A stretch of DNA of 63,453 bases, filler included, from Parasitella parasitica NRRL 2501 (Eukaryota > Fungi > Mucoromycota), in the NCBI GenBank assembly GCA_025201805.1. It is 9 parts of 9 records of this genome, joined end to end, with 100 filler letters (N's around TTAATTAATTAA, not from the genome) between each part and the next. Parts side by side here need not be neighbours in the genome. Positions count along the whole stretch, not along the records: positions 1 to 28,408 come from MU619445.1; 8 more parts are not named here. One strand, given 5' to 3'. The translations under genes and the position numbers were made by a program. The notes under the pieces were generated by a model. That model did no database searches. It was not told the DNA's origin and saw nothing but the letters and a program-made list of their open reading frames with translations. Below are positions 12,774 through 23,984 of the stretch, piece after piece. Within the stretch, counting starts at the first letter, position 1. Every line of letters begins with the position of its first letter.

Positions 12774-14122
12774 TTATGGTATAACAATAGGGCACAGTGA
12801 AGTTTTTAGACTTTTTTTGGATCTTTGAGTTGGTGCTGATCTACAATCAAAAGATGATAACACTGTTGGGTCATTCAACACAGCCTCTCTCTTGAATTTG
12901 TGGAATTTGTTGTCATCAAGTAATTTGTCAACGATAACTGTCTTTAATTTTTTGTGAATACTAACAAAGATGTGTTAGAAGTGTAACTAAAGCCGGTTTT
13001 TTTGTATGCAATTTAACTTACTTGAAAAAGCTTTGTATATCATTTATGTTTGTGGAAAGTCCTGGGAAGTCTATGGCTACAAGACAAATGTCTGTTTCAG
13101 ATGAATTGATATAAGAAAGCATCGCTAATAAAAATATTATTATTAGTCTTGTTGTTGATAATCATTCACAAGTTAACAAATACATTGGGTATCTCCATCT
13201 ACACCTATCAATTCATTCAGTAAATCAGTGTTGACATTCATATCTGTTGATTCGAATTCAGCGGCGGCCGAACAAGACCATGACACGAAGACCATCTCAC
13301 ATAGTGATCTTTCTTTCAAGCACTGCACCATGCTATTCAAAAGACTTTTTCTATTTTTGTCATTATTGTCGCCAATGGACTTCCTAGCGTAACCAATGAT
13401 GCTGCAATCTTGGTTTTTTAAAGAGCTAATGTAATTTTGATAGTGTGGAATAGATGTAGTGATGGATTTTATAATACCCTCTATCAATAGAGAATAAGTA
13501 ATGGTATTTCTGGGAAACTCCAATAGTTTGTCACCTCTAAATTCATTTTTCATTACATAAAGTTTCCTAAAGCGAAGATTCGATCCTCTACGCCTCTTCC
13601 TAGTATATGGCATATCAATAAAATCAACCTTTCTTTTAGAACACCAACTTGCAAATGCTATTTCAGACTTCTTGCTCATGCATTCAGCTTTTGAAATAAC
13701 TGATTCATAAACTTCTTTATTTTCAACTTCTTGAAGGGAATAGAGTGCTTCATTTTGAGGATTTGTAGTTTTGTAAACCACATTTAGAAACATGATTACT
13801 TGTCGTTCTGAAACTAAATTAAAATTTTAGTGTCAAAATATGAGGAATATCATGTATCTTTCAGTGTTTACCAAGTTCAGCTTCTGCTCCCGCTTTTTCC
13901 TCAAGGTCCACATCTGAGTATTCACTTAAATAACGTTTAAAAGTTGTAGGATCGTTCCGAATCACACTTAAATGCACCAGAACAGGTCGTTTACAATCAT
14001 TTTCATAACACACATCGAAAGTGCCTAATTCTTCGATCCTTTTAGACAATCTTGCTGCATTTGCCTTGCTATAGTCTTCACAAAAAAAAGCTACAAATAG
14101 CTTGATCACGAGTTATGCTCAT
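12774..14122 (-). CDS. Spliced serine-recombinase/resolvase-like protein; introns 13871-13814, 13183-13125, 13021-12961; one frameshift in a T8 run at ~14082-14089
   Basis: Three GT-AG introns join in frame. Contains IIGYARKS (Y-x-R-x-S nucleophile motif of serine recombinases), then a helix, VFVSWSCSA, GDTQSML and ICLVAIDFPGLST in resolvase-like spacing. Confidence 0.65.
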
Positions 14123-16447
14123 TAGATATTGGAATGAAAAAGCAGATTAATTGATTTACTGAACGCGGTTCATTTTTTCGTTGAACGCGGTTCATTTTTT
14201 CGTTGAACTCGGTTCATTTTTTCACCGCTCTTTGGATGAATCAAAGCCGCACACAGTGCGACGCTTTAATTTTTTTTCTTGCGACATCATTTTGGCAAAA
14301 GGTGTATATCAAATCTTGCTTGTAAGGAAAGCACGGTAAGAAGATAATGGGCAGCTTGTGGCAGGTGATTAAAGGGAGAGATGGGGATTGAAGCATTGGC
14401 CTTTCGGTAATGAATGATGTCACCAATTTCAGTCATCTTCGATCCGTATATTGTTAGTGTCAGTCCATGAAATGGCGTACTTGATACTTCGATATGATTT
14501 ATGTTGGACTTGTAAGGGATGATTGATTTCAGGTATAATAGTCGCTTTTCTCTGAGCTTGTTGCCTTTTTCAAAATCATTCTGTACGGCATCTGGAAAAG
14601 TGCTTTCGCACTTATCCTCGCACGTGAACATGTCTCCGTAGCCATGATTAAACAAGATTAAATCCACTTTGCAGTCTTTTTCCTTGTCATCAATCTTCTT
14701 CTTCTTTTTTTATACGCGTAGACCCTTGCTTTAGTTGCATTTCTCTTTTTGCCGTTGGTCCCATTCTGCCAATGTTCAGCCTAATTCTGTCTACGTTCTA
14801 TATAATCTGACTCAATATCATTCACCAGAATATATACAAGGTGGTTAATTCTTTGGTCGCGCTTCCTTCCCAAGTAAGTGATTCTAAGTTGGTTATGCAG
14901 GCTTTCCATGTAATTAATTATCTGTTCCCATTTTTGTGACATACAACATCATTATTACAATCAAAATCACATACATACACTCACCAATGTTTAGGGCGTT
15001 TATCTTTTAGATACAGGCTCTTCATGTACAGAAATATGGCTACTTTCGTAAATGAAGTTTGTTGTTGTATTCCCCCACATCATACTTTCAATCGGGTGAT
15101 TATTGCAGAACCGACTTGATATCTTACAAACATTAAAAAACAGGCTTTTGGAATATCGAATGATCTGTTTGTAAACAGGATAATCAGATCCAGTAACTGA
15201 GTGCCTTATTATAATAGTATACAAGATCCCTCCTTTGTTGATATTGTGACAGAATGAATGGCATCAAGACAAATACTCCTTGCAAGATAAGTATTTCATT
15301 TAAACAAGACAACAGGATTACTTGGTATGCATGAGTGTACCTTTACGGCCATGATCGTATCGCTCTCCTCTGCCTGCTTGCTCTGCAGATGCCTAATGGC
15401 TAGACCAGATAAACTGTCTGTATGATAGAGTAATGTCCCAGTTGTTGTTTCCAAATGTACCTTTACGGCTACGATCGTATCGCTCTCTTTGGTTAGGATT
15501 CCTGCACTGATGCCTATTAGTCTTGTGAGATTGTCTATGATTTCTAAAGATGAAAATTGTCTTTTGTAGAAAATGCCAGTTGTCTTGTTTATTTTACCAT
15601 TGTACTCTCATTACATATGACTAACTGTAAATTTTATAATAGAGTTTTTGCAGTCAATGCATCTGTACGGCTTTGACAAATTTGGCTATTCTTTATAGAG
15701 AATCTTTTAGGCTTCCTGCTGATCATGGCTCCGAAAATTATTTTCTTTGGTTTTACACTCTATTATAAGCTTCTTGCCTTAGCGTTATTAATACTTGAAA
15801 GCAATTCTCTTTTATTCGGCTCGATTTAATAAATATTTACAAGTGTTGAGCATTTATTTAACTTGGTTTTCTGTTCTTGTCGTTAAGATTCACAGGCTTT
15901 TAATCTTCTAGTGATTTGATGATGTTTTACAATGAGCTCTAGAGTATCTTGTCTGATATATGGATACTTTTGGTCATTTGTTGAGTCAAATTTGGAATGG
16001 AAATATTGAAACTTTTGAGTTGGGTGTAGATATAGTTGCTATAATCCTCATGGGTGAGCAGGGTTGTATCAAGGATACAATTGTGTTTTTTCTGTCCAGC
16101 AGATCCAGAGAATTCGTGTCGAGAGACCTGGTTATTCCTTTCATGAAATCAGAATCTTGAGCTGTTTTCAAGTAGAAAAATGAACTCAGGAAACTGATCT
16201 GATCTGCTTTTGGAGAACTGATCTATTCAGATCCATAAATCGTCCTGGATAGAAACTTTGGTTGAAGCCGTTTTGGGAACATTAAAATCCATATATGGGA
16301 TCAAAGCTCAGTTCAACTTCTACTTGAAAACAAAAAAATGGAATGGCGGTATCTAAGAAAATAATATAATTGGCCGTGGTATGCATAGTATCAGGGGATG
16401 ATATCTTGCTTTAAAGAAGTAATTTTGGTTTCCATTGTACAAAAATG

Positions 16448-16605
16448 TTTTTTTTAAATGAGTTTTATTTGTTGCACGTAAAGATGGACTTGCAGACCAT
16501 CAGAAGCGGTGCTCAACAATGTGAAAATATGGATAACGGTAATTATACTGAAACAAAAAAAGATAAAATAAATGTAAGATAATAGAGCGAGGAGAAGAGA
16601 GAAAT
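16448..16605 (-). mobile_element. Short 5'-truncated LINE insertion (3' UTR + poly(A) only)
   Basis: Highly similar to 16629-16791, beginning with a T-run on the + strand. Confidence 0.75.
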
Positions 16606-16628
16606 GGTAAGAGTGGTGATTGTCCAAA

Positions 16629-17183
16629 TTTTTTTTTTTTTTTAAATGAGTTTTATTTGTCGCACGTAAAGATGGACTTACAGACCATCAGAAGCGGTGC
16701 TCAACAATGTGAAAATATGGATAAGGATAATTATACTGAAAAGAAAAAGATAAAATAAAGCCAAGATAATAGCGCGAGGAGAAGAGGGAAAAGAATATAA
16801 AATGCATCTAAAACTGTGTCAATTACGCAGAAGATGAAAACAGAACATCTTCTGATTGCATTTTAAGAACTGAGTAGCGGAAGGATGAAAGGAGGGAATT
16901 GGATGTTAGAGGGGTTGCATCAAAGATAAACCGCCAATGAGCCTTCCATACTTCAGTAATGGCAGTGATGAGTAGTGGTGATGGTTTGAGGGAGGATTTG
17001 TTGGGGAGAACCTCGATCAAGTCGAAATTGAGTGAATACAGCGCGTCCATAATCATACGGAGGGTACAGCCTGGCCACAGGTATTCTAGGATCAATCGTT
17101 CCCAGAAATTTTGCTTTTCTCCGCAATAAAAGAAAAAATGGGCAGTAGATTCTATCGTTGTGAGGCAAAGGGCGCAGTGGGGA
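16629..17183 (-). mobile_element. 5'-truncated LINE (zf-RVT C-terminus, 3' UTR, poly(A)) with a 12-bp TSD
   Basis: CALCLTTIESTAHFFFYC..K..FW zinc finger; T15 tail at 16629-16643; TGATTGTCCAAA at both 16617-16628 and 17184-17195. Confidence 0.88.
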
Positions 17184-17748
17184 TGATTGTCCAAATGAAG
17201 TTTCTGGAAGAAGTTTCCTTTCCTGGTTTTGGACGCTTTTAATCTCCGCTAACAAAAAAAAAAGGTGCTTTATGAAGAAAGCATTAGCTTTCAGAAGATA
17301 TTGCTTCCCAATTCAAGATAAAAACATTTTAAACCTAATTCATTTAAATGTTTTGCTTCTTGGTTTTCCAGTGGTAGTACTTGCATATCTGTACCTGGCC
17401 TGACGATCTCACGCTCCGATTTTGAAAAATACTTTTCCGAAAAAAGTCAGAAAAGTCGCTACCTTCATCTGATGTCAACTTGAAGAGTACAAAAACTTGC
17501 TCTAAGCTATTCAAATATGTAATCCAAAGTTGCCTTATAGTCTAATTCATTACTTTGAATAACTTGTTTTGTGTTTGGGATCGTTTAACATTGTTTTCTT
17601 GCAGTTTTTGTGTTTTCTCTGACAATAATACACTGAAGTTCGCGTAGAGTAAAAAAAATAAAAAAAAAAAAATAACCATGGAATAAAAAATGACTACATT
17701 AAATAGGGGCACCATTAAGACAATCACCGAGAAGCAGGGGATAAAGTG

Positions 17749-18390
17749 TCAAATCTGTCCATGGAGATACTTGTAGGTAACCAAATTGAAAGTTTCCGAT
17801 GTTCTTGAAAAGAGTGCGTGTTCCCTTTTGATCGTATTCACCTTCGACCAAAATTGTTTGATGGGGTTCAAGTCTGGAGAGTACGATAGGAGATAAACGC
17901 AGTTGTAGCCACGTTTAGTAAGAGACAGTTCAAAGGTTTTTGATTGATGTATTGGTGCGTGTTTATCGTAACAAGATAGTAGCATTTAAATTCAAGGTGT
18001 TTTTTTCATGATGTCCATCGTATCCTATAAATACTTCAAACAATGGTTAGTTATTGCTCCTAAAGCCTTACCATGTTGTTGTTGTTGTTTTTTCCTTCTG
18101 CTGTAGCTGTTCCAGCATTAGGTTGTTGTTGTTTTTCGGATTGTTTGGCTGTTGATTTTTTGATCAAGTTACTACCAAATACCAAAAGCACATATTGTTG
18201 TTGTTGTTATTTTTGAAGTAGTGCACACTCCTACTTTGCAAAAGAACCCAATTCAAGGAGTATGACAGAATAAAATCAGCTGCAATGGTTGGTATGAAGG
18301 GACGTTCATCCAGAGATTACTAGCCGCAAGCATCTTGATTGTTGAGGTAGGTCGGAAAATAAAGAAGGGCAACATGGTGTTTAAATCATG
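17749..18390 (-). pseudogene. Degenerate Tc1/IS630 (DDE_3) transposase remnant
   Basis: DKHAPIH...RGYNCVYLLSYSPDLNPIKQFWSKV matches the DNAPIH...YSPELNPIE motif; frameshifts and stops upstream. Confidence 0.8.
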
Positions 18391-18479
18391 TCATTTCTCT
18401 TTCTTTGCAATCCTTTGCTCACCACTTTAAACTATCCAATCGTCGATACTGCCAGGCGCGTTATCGAACTTTTCTTCAA

Positions 18480-18728
18480 AAGTATTTCCAAGATGATACC
18501 AACACTAGTCTGTTAGCCTAACTCTAGCAATGGAATTTAGCTATCGCTATCTGTCCCTTTTGTGCCCAAGGTGTTGATACCTTGAGGCAGTTTATTGTTG
18601 ACTGTCCTGTCAAATGGCAATTATGGCTCTCTGTCCTCTCTACTTACTATTCCAACTATCCATTGACTTCAGAAATAATTTATGGCACCGTGCGCTACAT
18701 GCATTTCCCTAGCTTTATCAAGGGTTGA
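18480..18728 (+). mobile_element. LINE zf-RVT fragment
   Basis: CPFCAQGVDTLRQFIVDCPVKWQLW in one frame, bounded by stops. Confidence 0.6.
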
Positions 18729-19307
18729 TCGAAACACCTAAACAAGCGTATCTGGTAGGCTCTCACCCAGGATATACTTTGGAGGGCCATTATGACAGGT
18801 CAAAGGAATGATCTAATGATGGGATATGTATAGCTTTGAAGCTAATTGGTTTAGTCCTACTATTTGGCTATGAGTGTTGGTGCTGCTAATTGTAATTTGT
18901 ATTACTAGTACATGATTAATATGTATAATCTGATGTGAGAGATGAGTTAAAAGTATCAACGATAGAATAAAGGTGCCCATTTATTGGAATTGAGGAAGAT
19001 TAAAGTGGTATTGTTCAATTGGAGATGGAAGCTGTGGAAAAAAGTGCTAAAAAAGTCTCTTCTCTGTAGACATCTTGGGAGCATGTGCAAAGGTTGCATT
19101 ATAATTGATGCCTACATATCTGACGCATGCCACATGTATGGTGGTCGCTGTTGATGTCGAATCTAGTTAATTTTACTAGCTTCGTGACTATCCATCTTCC
19201 TTTTGCTAGCCCTTGAATAAAAAAAAGATTAAAGCTGCTTGAATTACTAATACGATGATCTTTTGTTTTCACATATCTAACTTCAGAGCAACATTTTGAA
19301 TATAAGA

Positions 19308-20170
19308 ATGAGTTTTCGCATCGTTTTATCTCAAATCAAGAGAGTCGGTGCTATCAGGGCCAACATGATTCCTCAAGCAATGAATTATGGACCCAAGAGA
19401 ACATTGTTGACCAAGAATTACATTTGGACAAATCGTTTGAAAGCACAGCAGGCAGGTTCTTTGTTAGGGCGCCAGCAAGGTAAATATATTTGAGCTTACA
19501 AAATCAGCATACTGGATGCATCTAAAACATTTTACTAGTTCGCACCATGTTCATTCAGACTGAGCAAACTCCCAATGACGATTCACTCAAATTTATTCCT
19601 GGTGTACCAGTATTAGGAAGTGGTTCAGCCGAATTCCTAGATGTTCGTTCGTCCATGAAATCACCTCTCGCCAAGCAACTGTTTCATATTGATGGCATCG
19701 CTGGAGTATTTTTCGGACCCGATTTTATCACAATCTCGAAAGAGGAAAGCGCCGAGTGGCAATTGATGAAGCCTGATATCTATGCAGCCATCATGGATCA
19801 TTTTGCTTCCGGTCAACCTATTGTATATAATGCTGAAGATTTGGCTGCCAATGACACTGCCATTCATCCAGACGATTCAGAGGAAGTTCAGATGATCAAA
19901 GAATTGCTGGATACCCGTATTCGTCCGTCCATTCAAGAAGATGGTGGGGATATTGAATACTGCGGTTTTGAAAATGGCATCGTCCTGCTCAAATTGAAGG
20001 GGAGCTGCAGAGGTTGTGATAGCTCTACGGTCACACTCAAGAATGGTATTGAAAACATGTTGATGCACTATATCCCTGAAGTCCAAGGTGTGGAGCAAGT
20101 AATTGATGAAAACGAAGAAATTGCACTCCAAGAATTTGACAAGCTTGAAAAGAAATTAGGAGAGAAATAG
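19308..20170 (+). CDS. NFU1: Mitochondrial Fe-S cluster scaffold NFU1; intron 19480-19538
   Basis: [47 protein letters not shown]; basic N-terminal presequence. Confidence 0.96.
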
Positions 20171-20202
20171 ATTTATGTATGATAATAAAAACAGATGATT
20201 CT

Positions 20203-20733
20203 TTATTCCTTTTCCAAGTTAATACTGTTGCCGAATTTAGCGTACAAGTCCTTCTTTAACTGCTTCATCTTTTCTTGAACAGTGTCAATTTGTAGCTTGA
20301 CATCTTCAAGTGCTAAACCAAGCTTTTCCGAATCTTTTTCAACTTTTTCAACTGCTTCTGATGGAGTGATATGTACAAAGGCATCGCCAACCTTGTATCT
20401 AACTGCCTCATCCTCGTCCGCTAACTCAAGCTCCATGGAAACATCATCCAAATACTCTTTTTCTTGCTAAATAGATTGCTATAAATATCTGCTCTCAATT
20501 ATCATCCACGCTCATGCTTACAAACCTTGAGTTTTTGATATTGATCCTCGAGATCATCAATTTTCGCATTATATTGACTAAATTCGTTGATGCGCTGTTG
20601 ATCGACCCAAGAGACCTCGACATCGCCTCCAGACTCCTCCTTTTCATTCAGCTAAGTTCGTTTATGTCAGCATCTACTCGGATTTTAATCAAAGCAATAT
20701 AGTAGAAGTGCATACCATTCTAATATTTGACAT
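20203..20733 (-). CDS. GIM3: Prefoldin subunit 4; 3 exons
   Basis: DVEVSWVDQQRINEFS, YKVGDAFVH, LKKDLYAKFGNSINLE. Confidence 0.93.
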
Positions 20734-20876
20734 CTCTATGGTATTATTTAGTTTATTTTTATAGAACAAGGGACGAAAGAAGTTGAGGAATAGGGTTACG
20801 CGCCTTTTATTAGCTTTGAAGATCAAGTAAAACGAAACAACTCTTTTTAAATAACCGCGTATCAAGCCACTGTTTC

Positions 20877-22842
20877 CTACAAGGTGGATAAAGGGGTAGT
20901 AACAGCTCTCTCTCTGACTTTAGCGAAGAAGCTGCATTTTGCCACAGTTAAAGTAAGGTATTGTCTCAGATTTCCGGCTTCGTCCATCTCTTTTTGGATA
21001 GGTTTTATATCGTAATACTTGAAAAAGTTGGCCAAAGCAAGACGCATTTCCTGCAGGGCGAAATTCTTGCCAATACAGTTTCTCGACCTAAGTGCAAAGA
21101 TTGTGTTAAGGCGGTTAGCATAAATCAGAGATTCAATTAATTCAAATTAGATAAATTACCCAGCACTGAATGTAAAGAAAGCGTCATGATCTAAAACTTG
21201 AGCATAATCTTCTTCGCCTGGAATCCATCTTTCAGGAATAAACTTTGAAGAGTTTGGCCAATATTCATCATTATGGTGAGCGTGATATATGTTACAAGTG
21301 ACAATAATCTATAAAAATAACCAGTATAAATAGCCATGCAAAGCCAGTAAACTGTGTACATACATCTTTTGGCAATGCCAACTGGCCTTTCAGAAGGATG
21401 TCTCTTTCGGTTCTTCGTTGCAATCCAACACCAGGCACTGGGTGAATTCGAAGTGTTTCTTGGATTACTGCATTTAAGTAAGGAAGCGATTTCAATTGCT
21501 CATTGTAGAACAGATCTGCCCCCTCCATAAAAGAAAGAGAGTCGACTTCCTCATAGACCTTGTTTAACTTGTCCGGATTACGAAGCAGCTCAATAAGAGC
21601 AAATCCAAGGGAATTACTGGTAGTATCTGATCCCGCGGTCAAATACAAAAAGACTTCTCTAATAAGATTTTTGGTGTTCATACGTTTCTCTGGATCAGGG
21701 TCGTCTTGCGTATCTACCAATGCTTGCAAAATATCATTTCTTCTAGTGCCGCTATTTTTACGCTTTTCATAAATGCCTTTGACAAACTACGTTAAACAGT
21801 TTAAGCTAAATAAGCTTCCAACAACAAATTTCTGCCCTACATCTATAATTTTTGGATTGGGTCCCTTGATGAAAATCTTGAAAATTGACGGGTATGCTGC
21901 AACATAAGCTGCGATTTTCATTCGAAGCATCACAAGCTTAGGGATAGGGTGCGTTCCATCTTCAAGCATGTGGAACGTTTCCCCAAATGCTGTTTCCCCA
22001 ATAATGTCCAATGCGGTGCATGACATTAGCCTCCATAAATCTACAGCTCCATAGCCTTCTTCATCAACAGTAGATTCGATAGATTTTCGCACTTGATCGA
22101 GCATTGACCTTGAGACATCCTTCATATAAGGCTCCAGTGAGCTGAGGTACTTGATCGAGAAGGCAGGGGCGGCCATCTTTCTCTATTTATACACACAGTA
22201 AGTAAACGCTGTGTGAGATTTCAATATACTTGCCTGCTTTTTATGAAACTGCCTATCGTCAGTGCTAAACAAGGTTTCACCACTTTCTAATATTGATGTT
22301 TGAGTAAACCAAGAGTCCATTAGTTGGGTGTACACTTACTCCTTAACATTGCATAAATAGGGCCCTTGGGCAAATCATCACGGATTAGTACCTGTTTTAT
22401 CATATCCTTATCTGCAACAGATATGCTGTTGGGTCCAGTGCGTACAATGGCTCCATGTATATCATGCAATCTCTTTAAACTAGCAAACCTGAAACATTTT
22501 CAGTCTGTGTATAAATCATGTATATATTTAGTATACTTTACAATGTTCCTGTCGGCCTGTCGTATATTGGGCTCGGTAAGCCCATAAATTTAGTGATAAA
22601 TGGGCCTGGTACTTTACTCAATGGGCCAAAGAATGCCACATAAAGTTTCTGAGTGCATTATCAGCATTCGCGGTTGTCGAAATCAACAGTATACATACCT
22701 GAATTCCGGAATAGACAATGTACGAAGCAGCCGCAATTTTACAAGCACTTTTAAGATACGCTTGGTTTTTAGAATAATGTTGGAGGATAGCTTGATAAAC
22801 CAAGCTTAAACGCTGTATCAATACACCATTTGAGCCACTCAT
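20877..22842 (-). CDS. Cytochrome P450; multi-exon
   Basis: AGSDTT (I helix), ETLR (ExxR), FIPERW, FSAG/SRNCIG heme motif split by an intron, N-terminal membrane anchor. Confidence 0.94.
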
Positions 22843-23984
22843 GATGTATGAAAGGATAGATTAAGAGAGTGGAAAGGAAAACAAAAAAAGCCTTCGAATA
22901 TAAGCGCTTTTTTTTCTTTTTTCTTAGCTTTGTTTGGTTGCACATGCACATACACTTTTGTTGATCTATCTGCAGGATTATGCATGATACAAAAGAAAAT
23001 ATATTAATCATGAATATGATGTCTTCAATTTTTAATTTCATGATTATAAATCTGTGCATCTAAAGATCAAGAAAGATCTGAACCGACTTACATGGTATTT
23101 AGATCCAAAAGAGGATATATAATGATCGAGAAACCAAAGAAATGTACAATGACTATGAATGTTTAGACGACACAATTACACAAAGACAAAGTGTTTGTAG
23201 TGTTCGCCAAAAAGAAAACATCGCCGTTGATATCTCGCGCACGCATTGTATATATTCGCCACAGGTTCATAGCTCTTGTCTTCTATTATGTCTGGACAAT
23301 TTTTATCAAGTAGCTACAAATCGACCCTATCCAGCATTTGGAAAAATCACTGACATCCCAAATACATTATCACTTATGATTTTCAATATATAACAGTATT
23401 ACCATTTTTGAGCAACATAAACATAGATTCATATCTACTATGTAACGTTCAATGCTCCTATTTACGAAATCTAGCATCAAATCTACATGAAAATTATCCC
23501 TTGATTGTCGTTTCAATAGAACTTGTGAACATCTTGGGATAATGAGACACATTACGACAGAGCAAGCTGTTCTTAATTCCACATTTTCAAATCTAATTCT
23601 GCCCCCTGCAAAACCAGTTTTGGGGTACCAGGTCTCTCCTAAATCGTTTCAAAGTGCGTTGCTGTCATAAAACAAGCAATTTTCAGTAACATGCAATCTA
23701 AATACTCAAGGTCTAGTCATGCACTACAAGTTTTTGCATTGAGATGTGTATGTAAATGTTTACACAAGCTTTTCATGGAAGCCAAAAATACCTACTTACC
23801 TTCCAGATGCTGTAGTAGTAGCAGATGTGCTGAACAGCACTACAGCTATTATTGTGATCTGCCAAACGTGTTTTTTGAAGCACGCAGAGGCGATAAGGGA
23901 GGCTTGTGGTGGTGGAATACGTTTATTAGAACACCGTTACAATTTTTCGTCAACAATGAGCTTCTTTTCCTTTATAAACCGCCT

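Larger units (their letters stand above)
12233..14304. mobile_element. TA-flanked DNA element with ~327-bp terminal inverted repeats
   Basis: 12233-12559 is a near-identical reverse complement of 13979-14304. Ends read TA|CACCTT...AAGGTG|TA. Confidence 0.92.
11903..16171 (-). pseudogene. Degenerate gene with a PD-(D/E)xK-like motif, interrupted by the TIR element
   Basis: ORF 14667-14308 has KVDLILF...FTCEDK. Removing the element restores a GC-AG intron (GCAAGA...CTAAC...TAG) joining LSLQ/RNIAINLKKFE... to ORF 12133-11903. Upstream segments contain stops; the 5' boundary is approximate. Confidence 0.45.

Noticed and set aside
20877-22842. P450 as part of a secondary-metabolite cluster
   Set aside because: Neighbours are housekeeping genes; no synthase or tailoring genes nearby.
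23691-23984. Long N-terminal extension of the CDK10 ORF
   Set aside because: Non-coding-like composition; kinase-like sequence begins after the ATG at 23985.
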